A program made the position numbers and the translations under genes. Below the pieces are notes generated by a model. The model made no database searches, was not told the origin of the DNA, and saw only the letters and a list, made by a program, of their open reading frames with translations. A stretch of DNA of 64,000 nt from Chrysochromulina tobinii. Its lineage: Eukaryota. The stretch spans positions 1-64,000 of the forward strand of contig JWZX01003118.1 in the NCBI GenBank assembly GCA_001275005.1, given 5' to 3'. Positions 21,659 through 35,600 of the stretch are shown piece by piece; the first letter of the stretch is position 1, and every line of letters starts with the position of its first letter.

Positions 21659-23704
21659 TCACTTGGTAATGTCCTTCATGCGGCCGCCAACATCATACTG
21701 GCGCCGCTTGACTGGGTCGCTCAGCACCAAGTTGGCGAGGCAGACCTTGCGGAATTCGTCCTCGATGCGCGCGCGCTCGGCCTCATCGGCATCCGCGTGT
21801 TTGTCCGGATGCCATTTGAGCGCCAGCTTGCGGTACGCATCCTTGATCACCTTGGCGTTAGCGTCGCGTGCCACGCCGAGGAGCTCGTACGCGTCGAACT
21901 CGTCCAGCTCGTCGCTCTCGGCACTCCCGCCTGGTCCATAGCCCGGCCCATAGCCGTAGCCGCCTTCGGCGGGCTGCTCAGCGCGCTCCTTGGCGCGCCG
22001 CATCGCGTCGTGTCGCCTCAGAAAGTCGCTCGCAAGCTGGCAGGTTGGCTCTAGCTTGAGGGCCGCCGCATAGTCGTAGCGCGCCCGATTAGGATCGTGG
22101 AGGGCTACGTGGCACGCTGCACGCCGCAGGAGCAGCTTGACACTGTGCGCATCCAGCGCGAGCGCAGCGTCGCAGTCGGCGAGCGCCTCGGCGAACCGCT
22201 CCTCGTGCATCCGCGCCTGCGCTCGGTTGGCCAGCAGATGTGGACGCAGGCACCCCTCCACGTCAGCCTCAAGTGCTCGCGAATAGGCCGCCGCCGCGCG
22301 TACAAAGTCGCCCGCGGCGTAGGCGGCGTTGCCGTCGGCCTTGAGTTGCATACCCGCGCGCAGGCCACGGAGCGCGCGCGCCGCGCGGCCGTCGCTCTCA
22401 GCCTGTCGACTGCGCGCCAGGCTCAAGAGTCGTTCCTCCGCGTCCGTGAACTTTCCCCGCTTTCCGAGCACCCTCGCCAACGCGAGCACGAGCTCCTCCT
22501 CGTCGTCTGCCCCGGCGCTCGGGCCAGGAAGGTGCTCGGCGAGCGCCATCTCGGCCTCCTGCTGCGCCTGCCACAAGCGGCCGCTGCTCTCCAGCACGCC
22601 CACCACCAGCCGCTGCCCGAGCGTAGAGTGCGTGCAGGAGCGGCACACCGCGCGGCACAGGTACAGCGCTTCGTCCACTCGCGAGGCCGCCCCGAGCGCG
22701 CGCGCACGCTCCACGTGCGACAGCAGCCGGTTGGCGTGCTGCTTGCCGTCGGCGGCCTGCTGTGCGGCCTCCGAGAGCGCAGTCTTGCCGTCTGGCGCGA
22801 CCAGCCTCCTCCGTTCATGATCAGCCATCGGGGGCGCCCAGCGTAATTGGACTCCACCGACTGGCGTCGCGGGCTTCTCAACGCTGTAGGCGACCTCAAA
22901 GTGGCCAACGGCCGCCTGCAGCTCGCCGAGCATGATGCAGCAGCGCCCCGCACGCAGCCGCCCCTTGACGTGCCTCGGCAGCGCCGCAAGCAACGGTCGC
23001 AGCCTGCGCATGGCCGCCACCGGATCAGGCGGCTCGCGCGCGAGAGCGCACGCCGCCAGGTTGCTCAGCGCTGCCGCGTGGTCACTGTGCATGCCGCCCA
23101 CGCAGTCGTCCGTGGCCGTGGCGAGCATCTTTTCGTACCAGCGTTCGGCCGTTGCGAAGTCCTTGCGCCCAAAGGCCGCATTGCCGCGCTCGCGGTATGT
23201 GCTCAGTGTGTCGTTCACGATCGCCGTGGCGGTGCCAGCGCCTCCGGTTGCGGCGGTGGCTCCGGATCCCGTGTCCGGGTAGTTGACCGTATCAGATGGT
23301 GCGACTGTAATGGGCACTGGCGCTGCTCTGGCATGCGATAGCACGCGGCGCACGGGTTGCGCATGCTCAGCAGCAGCGAGCTCGCCCACTGACATGGCCT
23401 CGGCGTTCGCGTCCATGATGCCAGTCCAGAAGCTGTCCAAATCTGCAGCCTTTGGAGCTGCTGGTGGGAGTGGCGTCGGCATGTCCACTGGCGCAGGCAC
23501 ATGTGGTCGCTGCTCGCGCAGCACACGCGCCACCTTTTGACGCACGCCCATCTTTACGACTCCAAGGTCTTTGAGGCGGTCGAGCAGAGCCTTCTGATCG
23601 GAAGCAATTGTGCACAACTCGGACGCCTGTTCGAGGACGACCTCGATGACATCGGCATCAACGTGGGCCGCTTCCAGGGCGAGCATGAGCTCGTCAACTG
23701 GCAT
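21659..23704 (-). CDS. TPR-repeat + C-terminal J-domain co-chaperone (DNAJC7-like)
   Basis: TPRs ([34 protein letters not shown]) and a J domain DAYELLGV...[16 protein letters not shown]...[11 protein letters not shown]. Confidence 0.88.
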   Translation of the reverse strand: MPVDELMLALEAAHVDADVIEVVLEQASELCTIASDQKALLDRLKDLGVVKMGVRQKVARVLREQRPHVPAPVDMPTPLPPAAPKAADLDSFWTGIMDANAEAMSVGELAAAEHAQPVRRVLSHARAAPVPITVAPSDTVNYPDTGSGATAATGGAGTATAIVNDTLSTYRERGNAAFGRKDFATAERWYEKMLATATDDCVGGMHSDHAAALSNLAACALAREPPDPVAAMRRLRPLLAALPRHVKGRLRAGRCCIMLGELQAAVGHFEVAYSVEKPATPVGGVQLRWAPPMADHERRRLVAPDGKTALSEAAQQAADGKQHANRLLSHVERARALGAASRVDEALYLCRAVCRSCTHSTLGQRLVVGVLESSGRLWQAQQEAEMALAEHLPGPSAGADDEEELVLALARVLGKRGKFTDAEERLLSLARSRQAESDGRAARALRGLRAGMQLKADGNAAYAAGDFVRAAAAYSRALEADVEGCLRPHLLANRAQARMHEERFAEALADCDAALALDAHSVKLLLRRAACHVALHDPNRARYDYAAALKLEPTCQLASDFLRRHDAMRRAKERAEQPAEGGYGYGPGYGPGGSAESDELDEFDAYELLGVARDANAKVIKDAYRKLALKWHPDKHADADEAERARIEDEFRKVCLANLVLSDPVKRRQYDVGGRMKDITK

Positions 23705-24206
23705 GTCGAATTTGTGGACGACCCGAGAAAAAGTTTGCGGACCCGGGACACCTGAGCTCGAAACAAGAGTCCTGGGCCCTGGCTTCGGTGTGACATGAGA
23801 ATTCACAACAACACCGACACGTTCACACGCCCGTTCACACACCCGTGCGTGCGTGCGTCATCCCGGCTCCCCCCGGTGGTTTTGAACCGGTGACACAGAC
23901 GGTTATACAAAGGTCGCGTGCGACAGCCCTCAACGTGGTCATAATAATATTCAAAGCTGGTGCGTGGTGGCAGGCTGGCAGGCGACCTGTCATCTGAGCG
24001 TCACTTCCCGTAGAAGTCTGCAGTGCCAGTGAGCTCGCAGCTCCAACGCAACGGGTGGTTCGGTTGTTACTGTACCATCAATACAACTCTGCGCACTCTG
24101 ATTGTGATACCTAGCCCCGATTTCCAGAACACTGAACACAACTCGAAAAGCCAACACCCGACTGAGCTCCTGTGCACGCTCACTGAGGGCGTTCACATCT
24201 CAATTC

Positions 24207-26503
24207 TTAAATCCGATCGGCCGGTCCTCCCTGCACCCGCCGCTGCTCGCGGCGTATGCGTTTCATGGTCTTGTCCACGTTCATCGCGATCGCCGCAGCA
24301 TTCGCCGTGGACACGCGCCGCATCGGGACCTCGATGACGCCGACCTCCTCGCCGTTGCCGTCGCCGTTGCCGTCCTCAGGGCCCTCGGTAACCTCTGCAT
24401 CAATGGTCATGCGCGTGGTGGTACTCGTAACCTCGTGGATGGTCACTTCCGCCTCCACGATCTCCCTTTCCTCACTGCTGGAAATCTGGAGCTGCAGCGC
24501 GCGTCTTGCTGGCGATGTCGGCGTGGCGTTATGCGGCCCCACGTACTCCGTGCGCAGCTCCGCATCGTCATCCGCATCGTCAGGCTGTTCTGCCAAAGGA
24601 AGTTGGCTGCTGCCACCATTCGCCTCGCGCATCGCACTCGCCGGCAGCTTCGGCATACTCGTAGGCACACTCGTCGCGGGAGAACTCGCCAGCTTCGGTG
24701 AGGGCGGCTGGGAGAGGACGCTCTCGCCGATGGCCGCCTTGATGGCGCTGTCCGCGGCATGGGCAGCGACGTTGACGCCGCTGAGCGATCCTTGGAAGGT
24801 CCCTTCCCACGTGTCTCGTCTTTGCAGTCTGCGGCTTGCCCTCCTCTGGAGGCTGCCCTGCTGCGCGCCATTGGACGACGAGCCCATCGAGTCGTCGGTC
24901 ACGCCCACCGCGCGCTGATGCTCGGACTGGTCCGAGTTGTCCTGGAGAGAAGGACTCGCCCCGTTCATGGCGGTAGTTCCTGACGTGAGGTCGGCCGCCT
25001 CGCCGCCCGCATCGAGCACATTCTTGAAGTTGGGTCTCTCTTCTTTCTTATCAATGACATTCTTATCAAGGTCCATCGAAGCCTTCGCGATTATGTAGAG
25101 CCCAACCAGCACGAAGACCATGCCAAGAAAGTACAAGACCCAGCTAGCCGCGACCCCGACCGAGCACGCCGGGTTCGGACCAAATTGGCATGTGCCCATG
25201 AGGAGGAACTCCTCGAAGAAGATGCCACCCGCAACCTGGGCGGGCAAGCGGTGCGGTCAGCGGAGCACGCGATGCGGGGCGGAAGAGGGGGCTGGGGGGG
25301 TGGCGGGAAACTGTGCGAGGCGGGGCGGGAGAGGGGGCTTGGGGGTGTGGCGGGAAGCTGTGCGCGCACCCCGCCGAAGAGGATGTACGTGCCGACCATG
25401 AGGGGCAGGATGAGGAGCGGGTTGTACAGGCCGAGGCATTCGGTGAGCTTGACGATCCAGATGATGCCACATGCGACGACGAGCACAATCTCGACGTAGA
25501 GAAGCCAGCCCATGAAGATGGACAGATTGCCCTGAAAGATCATCGCAAGGAGCTCGGAGAAGACTTTAGACTGCACAATCATCTGGGCGCCGCCCGCGAG
25601 CGACGAGTAGAGAGTGAAGGAGACCGGCAGCACCATCTCGTGCGCCCAGGGCTCCGGCTCGCCCGTCTGGACGCGAACGAGCTTCATCTTGCGCGTGTAG
25701 ACGATGTGGGTGACGTACGATCCTATCGCGATCGCGAGGGAGATGATCAGGTACACCAACCAAGTCGGTCTGCTCCAATAATTCTCGAGCGTCCGGACTG
25801 AGTGGCACGGGACACCGACTGGGCCGAAGATGACGGTGAACACGGTGCCGAGCACCGTGAGCCACGTCCCGCCCTGCATCGCCCACGAAATTTTCGCCTT
25901 GTTGACAAACTTGTTGTAGAAAATGTTGGTCACGAACTGGATGCTCTCGAGCGGCGTCAGGATAGACGCCGGCGCGAGCGCGAGCGCCGCAAAGTTGATC
26001 AACGAGAAGCCGACGAAGATGACCATCCCCCAAATCCAGAGCTTACTTTTATGCGGTTTTGACTTGAGCTCTTCGGGTAGCTCATCGAGGGCGGTAGCCT
26101 GCATGTTCTGCCCCACGTTGATGCCAATCGAGCCAGCAACTCCCATCAGGACGCCCACGCCAAAGCCCCATGCAGGCAGCGCCGTGCACTTGAGGCCGGG
26201 GTCTGACCAAACGGCATCGACCAAGGTCGCATTGTCCAGGGTTTCGTTGTACAAACTCACATTGCTCGTCGCGTTGTTCGTGGCGTTGAGCGGCGGCGGC
26301 GCTAGGGGCGGGGTCAGCTGTGGCAGCGGAGGCGAGGGTGGCGGCGGCGAGGGAGGGGGCGAGGGTGGCGGCGGCGATGGTGGGGGCGAGGGTGGCGGAG
26401 GCAATGTCGGCGGCAGCGGAAAGGGTTGCGAGGCCACCATCTGCACCAGCCCCAATGTGACGCTGCGCAGAAGCAGCCCACGCCGGCGGCTGTGCCCTCG
26501 CAT
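24207..26503 (-). CDS. NIPA-family (DMT superfamily) Mg2+ transporter-like protein; exons 26503-25370, 25235-24207
   Basis: GSIGINVGQNMQ, LWIWGMVIFVGFSLINFAALALAPASILTPLESIQFVTN and about 9 TMs. GT-AG intron 25236-25369 joins LFGG|VAGGIFFEEF. Pro-rich ectodomain. Confidence 0.82.
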
Positions 26504-26659
26504 TGAAATAGCTCTCAGATCGCCCGCCGCGCCGTCGGCAATGCGGTTGAACTACTGTGTTGAACTTCGACTATGATGTATCTCGCGAGCCTGGGACGGA
26601 TGCCCAAAATACCCGTGGGGATGGGGCGATCTTTCCCGCCGGCTCGGGGCCTTCGGGCG

Positions 26660-29600
26660 ATGGAAGTCGGACGCCATCTCGAGGAGTTGCAAACACTCCT
26701 CAGCCTGGCCGAGGGCGGCGCACCGTCTATCTTCATCGCCGCAAAGGACTCGTGCGTCTCCATCGAGAACACGTGCAAGAATGCGCTCGATGATGAGCTC
26801 GCGGGCGCGGTCTCGCAGCTGTTCAACCGCACGAGCGGGCTGCCCCAACTGCTGCTGCGCTCCATTCCCATCCAGCAGAACGATGCCAACAAGAAGCTGC
26901 TTCAGGACCTGCGCGTTGAGGTGCTCAGCCTCATCGATGACCTCATCTTCGAAGTGCGCGCCCGAGAGCGGCTCGGCATCCTGGGTGAGTACGTCTGCGA
27001 GATGGTGCACGCGTGCCTGCAAATCTTCAAATGCGTGAACGACTCCAAGGTGCGCGTTGAGGCCATCAGCACTCTCATCCCCGCCATCCAGCTGCGCGAG
27101 CACGTGCCCAACCTGTCGGAGCTGCTCTCGATGCTCTTCCCACCCGATGCGGATCCGGTCAGGAACCCGAACGCGCCGGGCATCTTCTGGAAGCACCTTA
27201 CGACTTACAGCAAGTCCAAGATGGGCTCGTCCGAGACGGTGCGCGGCAGCTGCCTGCGCGCGCTCGGGGCCTTCGCCATCACGTACCCGGTGCAGGTGTC
27301 GGACGACGTTGTGTACAAGGAGCGCGGCCAAACGGGCGCCATTGGCCCCCCGCTGTACTGTTTCGTCGTGAAAACCCTGGACCCGAGTGCTGGCATCGGG
27401 CAGCCGGAGCTCGCAGGCGCGCTCGACGCACTCGACGGCATCCTCGCCGACGAGACCGCTCTGCGGCCCGACCAGCTGCGCGTCGCCTTCCAGCATGCAA
27501 TGAGGCTGCTCACCCTCCGGAAGGACGGCGCCGTCGTCGGCGAGGACGAGAAGCCCAAGGAAGAGCTCCGCCGATTCGGCACGCCCAAGGCGGCGCTGCA
27601 GGTGCTCGGGAGCAGCCTCAACCTCTTTGCGGCGCAGCCGGGAACAGCGCTCGCCGAGCAGGCGATGGCCGACGGCGGCGGCGAGGGCCGCCGGCTGTCG
27701 CGCTCGTTGCTGCTTGAGCACGCAGAGGCGCTGTGGGATGCTCTCGAAGAGCTCTGGGATCACAAGAATGCGGAGCTGCGCGCACTTGCAGACGAGGTGC
27801 TCCGCGGCGTCGTGCGCACCGTCGGGCAGCAGATGGCCGAGGTCGAACGCGCAGCCACGTGCGAGAGCGAGGCTGACTTCTTCAACGCAGAGTGCACACA
27901 GCTGCGGCCGAACGCCAAGCGGGCGTTCCACTCTCTGTTTAGGAGGATCTCGGAGCGTGTGGCAAGAGCCTCAAGCGAGGCGACCGGCGCGACCAGCCGC
28001 GGCGCCGAAGCGACCGCGCGCCTCGGGCTCGCCATGAACCTGCTCGGATCCTTTGCACGCCCCGTAGGCGCTCTCGAGGGCGTGAGTGCTCTCGAGGCGC
28101 AGTTGGTGCAACTCTCCGAGTTCGCTGCGAGCCACCTGCAGCCCGAGGCGGCGCGGTACTACGAGGCGGGCAAGCGCTCGATCGACCGGTCGGCGCGCCA
28201 GCTGCCTCCCTTTCTGGCAGCGCACGCGGCGCTGCTTGAGGTGGTGCCAAAGGCGCCCGAGCGCACGCTCGACACGTGCGCTGCACTCGTGCTCCACCTG
28301 TTTGCCACCGTGGACGCGCTGCCTGAGAGCTCGGCGAGCGTGGTGCGCCAAGGCGCCATCGGCGTGCAGCAACTGCTGCTCGCGCTGCAGACGCGCGGCG
28401 ACGCGCTCGAGCGCTTCCTCCAGCGCTGGGTGTACAACGCGGCGATCGTCACCGTCGACGCGGCTGCGCAGGCGCGTATGATCGCTGCGGCCGAGGGCGT
28501 CGAGCATGCGAGCGACTTCTTTGGCGGCCTCTCGGCGCGTCGGCTGTGGATTGCCATGCTCGACTTCACGCTACGGCCGCCCTCGAAGCTCGCGCGCGCG
28601 AGCGCAGCGCCGCCGGTGGCGGCCGAGGCCGAGACGTTCGTGACGTTCGAGGCGGCCGCCCGCGATGGCGTGGGCGCAGGCCTAAGCGAGGGCGGGAGCG
28701 AGGCGGCGCGGAAGCGGGCGGCGTGCTCGGCGACGCTCTCGGCGCTACTAGATGCGATCTGTACCATGCTGCGCCGCCTCGACCTCGCGGCAACGGCAGC
28801 CAACGCTGAGGCGGAGGTCGAGGCAGACGGATCGGCAGGGGCGCCTGCGGCTGCTGCGGCTGCTGCGGCTGCTGCGGCGCCGAGTGGCGACGGCAGCAGG
28901 AGCGGCGGCGGCGATGGCAGCAGCGGCGGCGGCGGTGGCGAGGGCAGTGCCGCCGAGCGAGCGAGCGACGAGGCGGATGCGACAGCGTCCGCGAGCCTGA
29001 GCCTCGAGGCCGCGGCCGCGCGAAATCCGAGCGATGTGCAAATCTTTCTGTCGCTCAGCGCGTTCACCGATGTCCTACTGCGCGAGGTGCACCCGGAGCT
29101 GCTCCTGCGGTGGGGGCACGTGTTGCTCCTCGAGCTCATAGGGCGCTCGGGGCGCTACCCGCACATCTCGGGCTTCTACCGGCTCATACGGATCGTCACC
29201 ACTGTGCTCGACGGCGCTGGCTACTTCCCCAGTGCCGGCGAGTGCGTGGCGATCGACACGGCGGACGCGATGGAGGTGGACGGCGGAGGCGATGGCGATG
29301 GAGGCGGCACGTGCAAGGAGCGCGAGAGCTGCTACGCGCTCCTCGGCACCTTCCTCGTCCAAGTGCAGCAGCGCTGCCGCCGCTTCCAGGGCGAGCTGCT
29401 CGCGGCAGCGCTGGAGCTGCTGCTGAGCGCGCCGCTCTCGTTTGTGAGCCTACGCGGCTTCGAGCAGCTGCCCTCTCTCTGTGACGCGGCACAGCTTGCG
29501 CTATCGATGGGGCACACTTACGCGCCGCTAAGCGCCGCCGCACTCGACGCGATTGAGCGGCTACATGGCGCCTTCCCGTCGCGGCTGCAGCCGCATCTGC

Positions 29601-32600
29601 CCGCGCTGCTGCCTCGGTTGCACAGTTACCTCACCACGTCGAGCGAGAGTACCGGCCACAACGGCACCATGCGAAAGGAACGAGATGCGCGTCGCCACCA
29701 CTCAGCCTCGACGCGCGCGGCCACGATGAACGCGGCGCGCTCACGGTTGCGGCGCGCGCAAGACGACCTGACGCAGCAGCGCATCGTGCGGCTGCTCGGC
29801 GCCGTCGGAGGCGATGCGGTCTCGCTCGTGCACGGCGCTCGGGCGGCTCCAACGGCCGAGGGACGATGGGAGATCTCCTCGCGCATCAAAGTGCACTTAC
29901 CCCTCACGCACGAGTCGGCGCTGGACCTGCCCATCGACGCTGTGCTCCCTCGCGTGGTCGAGCTTGCCACCTCGTCGATGGTGTACCGCGAGAAGGCAGC
30001 TGCATGCGAGCTGCTTGACGCGGTCGTCAAGTACTGCATTGGTCGTCAAGCACAGCGTGCCGAGGAAGACTGGACTGGGCAGTACGCGCATCTCTTCCCG
30101 GCGATGCTGACGCTTGCTACCGACGTAGACGCCTTCGCTCGCTCACTCTTTGAGCCGCTCACGATGCAGACGATCCATTGGCTCAGCGCGTCGACGCGCA
30201 AAGAGACGCCGGCAAGCGCCAAAATGCTCGAGGCGATCATGGGCGCCGTCGCGGACCAGGTGCACTCGGGCCGTCGCGACTTTGGGGCGCGCTGCCTAGG
30301 CGAGTTCATTCGTTATGCAATCAAGCGCAAGAGGGACGACGGGCACGCGGCCCAGCCGATCGGCCCTCTGCTCTCGCGCCTCTACGGCCTCGCGCACCAT
30401 CCCAGTCCGATGCACCGCCTCGGCTTTGCCTTTGCTCTCAACTCGGTGGAGGTGTATCGCGAGCTACGCGAGGATGCAGACACGCTCAACGTGCACCTGC
30501 TCGAGCTTGTGCAGCACGCGCTGCTTGCGCTGCGCCTCGCACAGACCGACCCGGAGGCCCTCGGCACATGCGAGGCGCTCGGCAGCGTGCTGGTCCACCT
30601 GCGCAAGATGCTGCTCCGTGACCAGATCCTTCAACTGCTGGCGGAGCGCAATGAGGAGCGTCCCGCCTTCAAGGAAGGCCTACACACCTTTGCCATGTGG
30701 CTCTTCGAGCAGTGCATGCAGCCACGGGCAGCGGCCCGTTTGGGAGCCATGGACCTCTTCAATGCGCTCTGCCCCAAGCTCACGAAGCTCAAGCAGGGCG
30801 GCGGCGGTGCGCGTGGGCGCAAGAGCAGCGGCACCGGCGCGAATGGTGGCGCGTCTGGCGGCAGCGCCGAAGGCTCTTCGAAGGAATGGGTGCACGAGCA
30901 GTTCGGCATGCGCACTGATGCGCTGCCGATTGTACGCCTCTTCACGCCCATCTCTTCGAAACCGCCGCCGAACCCGTCGGTCGCAGTAGGCACGCCACCC
31001 GCCGCCGATGCCATGCACTTGAGCGAGAGCGCGCAAGGCCTCTCTGGCGGAGATGGTCTGATGAACTCCATCGAGGGGCAGTGCGCCGCGGGCGCATGGG
31101 CGGCGCTTGCGCACAACGTGCCGCTGCCTGCCAGCACGAGCTCCGCGAGCTCATCACTGAGCTCAGCCTCACCCGAGGTGATCGAGATGGCGTGGCTCGA
31201 GCGAGTGCAGGCGGCGCTCGATGCGACCTTTTGGACGCTGCGCAGCCGCCACCTCACAATCGATGCGGTGCTCTCCTCGTCTGGCTCACTACGGCGCGTG
31301 CATGCAACTGTGCATGCATTGTTCGGCTACGTGGCGCGGCGTGCGCCGACGCAATCCTCGGTGCTGATGAGCGATGCGGAGTCGCGTCGTCGTGCACACG
31401 TGCGGGAGGCGCTCAAATCCGCATTTCGGCTGCTGCGCAAGCTGATCGCGGAGGCACCTGCACAGCCTGGCGGCATGTCGGCGCGCTTGAGTGCCTTTCT
31501 CGTGCCGTCGGTGGACGCTGCGCCCTCGTCGGCCCCTGGCGCCACGTCCTCGCTGCCGCTCTCGTGCATGCATCTGGCGCTGCTTGCGACGCTGCGCCCG
31601 ACGCGCGTGGGCTTCGACGCGTCGGAGCTCGAGGCGTGCGGGCGCATGCGCGTGCTCGCATGTGAGCTCTGCGGCGAGCTGCATGCGCGGCAGCCCGAGC
31701 AGATGGTCGAGGAGTTGCGCGCCCTGCTGCAGCAGGAGGATTCGAACCTGCACCATCGGCCGCTCGTCGACCCGCGTGCGGACGCGCTCGAGACGCTTGC
31801 GCTGCTCGAGGGGTATCATGGGCTCCTGGGCTGTTCACAACCGTTACTCTTGCGCGCGCTACCCAACGGCTGTGAACAGCCCAACGGCGCGCCCGCGCTC
31901 GTGTCGCACCTGCTCTTGCAAGTGTGTGCGGCGCCGCTCTCCGCGTCGCCTCTGGATATGCGTCTCTATGCGAAGGCGCTCGAGCTCTGCCTTGCCCTCG
32001 GCATCGAATCGCGCCACCTGCTCGAGCGTCTTCTTGATGAGACGCCGGCGACGGACGGGCGGCGAGGCGGCATCGCTGCCGCCGCGCCGGGCGTCGCAAC
32101 GCGGGGTGAGCTGCTCAGCGGCCGGTTTCGCTCCGTGCTGCTGCCTCAGTTGGCGTTGGCCGAACGCTCCTCCACCTTGGCTCCTCTTCTGCTCGCCGCC
32201 GCTCCGACCAATCTATCGGCCTTCTCCATGCTGCTGGCGCTGCTGGAGTTTTTGGATACGAGACGCGATCTGCCTGCCGAGCCTCTCGTGAGGGTCTTGG
32301 AGGCCCAACTCCCGACTCTGCTGCTTCAGGTTGGCTGGGCCAACGGTCGTGTGTGGACGCCGCCTGCCGACGCGGTCGGCACACGGGTCGTCGCCGGCGC
32401 TGATGGAGCGCTTTTACTCCAGCCCTTTCTGTCCCTCTTCCGCTTGCTTCTGCGCCTCGCGCCCCATCTCGTTCTGCAGCCGAGTTCTGAGCCCAGCGCG
32501 CCGCCGTCGCCGCTCCTCGGCGCCATCCTTCAGCTCCTGAAGGCATCCCTCACCTCCTCGGAGGCGATGAGCGGTGACTGGGGCGCACCCGGTGGCGCGC

Positions 32601-35600
32601 CACGCTCGAATGAGCGCCATAATGAGCGTCTGCTCTACGAGGCCGTGAAGCTCATGCCATTAGTGCTCCGGTCGCTCAAGCTGCCACTGCCGCCACCGCC
32701 CTCTCAAGGACAGTACTATGCCACGGTGAGCGGCTTTCCAAACACGGCAAGCGAGCCGCTTGCCACTCTGAGACGGCTCTTACAGGCTGAGGTACCTCAA
32801 TCGCTGTTCGACTGCGACGAGGTGCGCCGCCGTCGCGTCAACTCCGTGCTGAGTCCGTTGCTGGATGCCATTGCGCACCCAGAGGGGCGTGCGTACGCTC
32901 TTGCCGCGGAGCTGCTCTCCCAGCCGGCCCTCACCGAGTACCATCTCGAGGCGATCTCGTCGGAGCACGATCAGGCGAATCCCTTTGCGGACGGCGTGCG
33001 CTCGGCGCTGTGTCGGCTCGTCGATGCTGCCTGCCAGCGCGGCGCGCCCAAGAGCGTCTACATTGGCACCGATGCACTGCGCTTAGCGGCAGCTGCTGCC
33101 GTGGATGCTCCCGTGACGAGTACCACACCCGCGACCGAGCTCTGGCGTTGCCTCGTGGTCCCGTGCTTGTGTGCTGATGCCGCCGACGCGCACGGTCGGC
33201 CCATCGGCCGCTGGTCTGAGCGCCTCGCCCGTGTGCGATGGGTCGGCTTGCCGCTCATGCACCGTGTGCCTGTGGCAGAGCTCCTCGGATCATTTCTCGC
33301 TCCAATCCTCCCTCAGCTGCGGGCGCTGCTCAACGCTGCCAACCCTGGAAAGCCCGGGGAACCATGCAAAGCGACGCTCTTCAGACCTGTGTGCACGGCC
33401 ACCCTCAGCCCTGAACGCGCCGACGCCGCTCATTCCGATGGGGCCGCTCTGCCTCCCGCTGCGGCGGACGCGGCGGAAATCGTCAACGCACAGCTGGCGC
33501 GGTGCATCGTTGCTTGCGAGGTGTTGGGCGGTATGATGGGGCGCCTAGGCCGCGAAGGCAAGGAGGCCCTCCAGCCCGGTGGCGTGCTCTCGCCTGGCGC
33601 CGAAGACCTCTATAAAGGGTTTCTCATTCAAGTGCTGGCCTTCTTAGGGTGCAAGAAGATCGAACTGCCGCCCGCACTCGAGGAGTCACCCGACCGTCCG
33701 CCACCCGCGCTCGCGAGCACGCCCGCGGTAGGCTCCGGCTCCCGCCAGCGCCCGTCAGCTGCGGCAGTCGCGCAGACCCTGCGCCGCGCGTTGATTGCGG
33801 CGGCGTACGCCGCGTTCGTAGAGACGGTGGTGCAGACGCAGAAAGAATCATCGGCCATCGAGAAGACTATCTTCAAGAATGGGCTCAACGTATGGGAGCT
33901 CGCCGTCGACTTGAAACGTACGTACAAGCTGACCGCCGGCACCGCCTTTGAGACGACCACCGACTCGGCGCTGCTGACGCTGCAGGGGCGTGAGCCTGCA
34001 ACGCGGCAGGATGGAGCGCGCGGTGCAGGCGCAGCCTACCTACCATCGCAGGCGCTGCTCGGCTCATCGCTCTCGCAAGCGGCGCACGACCTCGGCGTGT
34101 ACGACCCGGATCCAGCCCCAGCAGGCGTACCCGCCGCCTCCGTCTCGCCGAGAACGGTCACTCAGGCATCTCAGCCTGCATCGCAGGCAGGCGAAGTGAA
34201 GCTGGAGACGACGAGCGACTTGGGCCTTGACGACGATGACAGCGACGGGCGCCGTCGCAAAGGGGGAGGGGGTGAGCTGAGCGGCAGCGGCGGCGTGGTG
34301 CTGGTTCAAGGATACGAGCTCGACGAGCTTTCAAGGCATCCTTTGATGGGTACCATGCTGCGTGCGATCTCGGAGCTCAAGCTGCGCGGCCTCGACAGGC
34401 CCGCGAGTGTGGGCACGCTGTGTTCGGAGCGGTGCCCGTGTGGAGCTGGCCAGCAAGGGCCCATGATGCCCGCGTGGATGCACGTGCTCTTCACCCAGAT
34501 GATGAAGGGCTATGTCCCGATGGAGACGGCGCGTCGCGAACTTCATCGGTCGCTACAGAGCGATCCAGCTGCGCCGCATGACACCTTTTGGCAGGCGGAG
34601 GCGAGCTTTGCCAAGACGTTCAACGTACGCCTCATCATCGCCAGGCTAGTGTACAACCTCACGCGCCAAGAGAAGGCCGCCGCTCAGGCGAGCGCTGGCT
34701 CCGATGCGGCGGCCGGAACGCCTTCCTTCGAGAAGCACGCGCGCTTGTGGGCGCGGCCGCTGCTGCAGGTCGTTCTTGACTCGCTGAAGGACAGCGCCAA
34801 TGCAACCTTTAATTACCTTGCGCGTGACCTGGTCGTGCTTGTGGCCGAGTGGCAGCGCAATGAAAACCATCGTGCATCGACAGCTGGAGGGATACCGACC
34901 GATCTGCTGCAGTCGGCCGCGACGCTTCCGTCGGTGGGCGCTCGGGTTGTCGATCCGCTGCTCGATGACCTTTTGGAGAAGCTCATCTTCTACTGTGGGC
35001 ACCAGAACACCATCGGCAATGCCATGTCAGTGAGCGAGCTCCTGCGTGAGAACGTGAGGGTGGTGAAGCTGATCATGGAGCTGTGGAGGGATCGGCTGCA
35101 TGTGCGCCTGCATGGGCTCTGGCAACTCCTCAGGTACTCAAAGATCGAAGAGAACAGCAAGAAACGCCTCGAAAATCAGGAGACACGCTTCCGTCTGTGC
35201 GGCATCCACATTTGCGGCGCACTCCTGTTCAACAAGTTGAGCCTCGACGACGATCCCAATTGGAAGCCGTACGTCAAGAACAAGGAGAATAAGTTCGCGC
35301 CATATGTGCCCGTGAAGGTGGGAGAGATTGGCCTGCAGCTGGTGCTGCACACGCAAGACGAGCGCAAGGCACAGGCCGATAAGCAGACGCCGACGGCCCG
35401 AAAGGACTTGTACAAGCCAGCCTCTGCGGTGCTCGGCATGCATCTCATGGAGCTTCACACCCAGGCACAGAGCTCCATGAACGCCCTGGCAGCGCAGCAG
35501 CTCGAGCAATTATTGAAAGAGCTGACCCCGAGGCTGACCAAGCTGATGGCCAAGACACAAGATACGATCAAGCGCATCCTCACGATCCTCTTCGAGCTCT

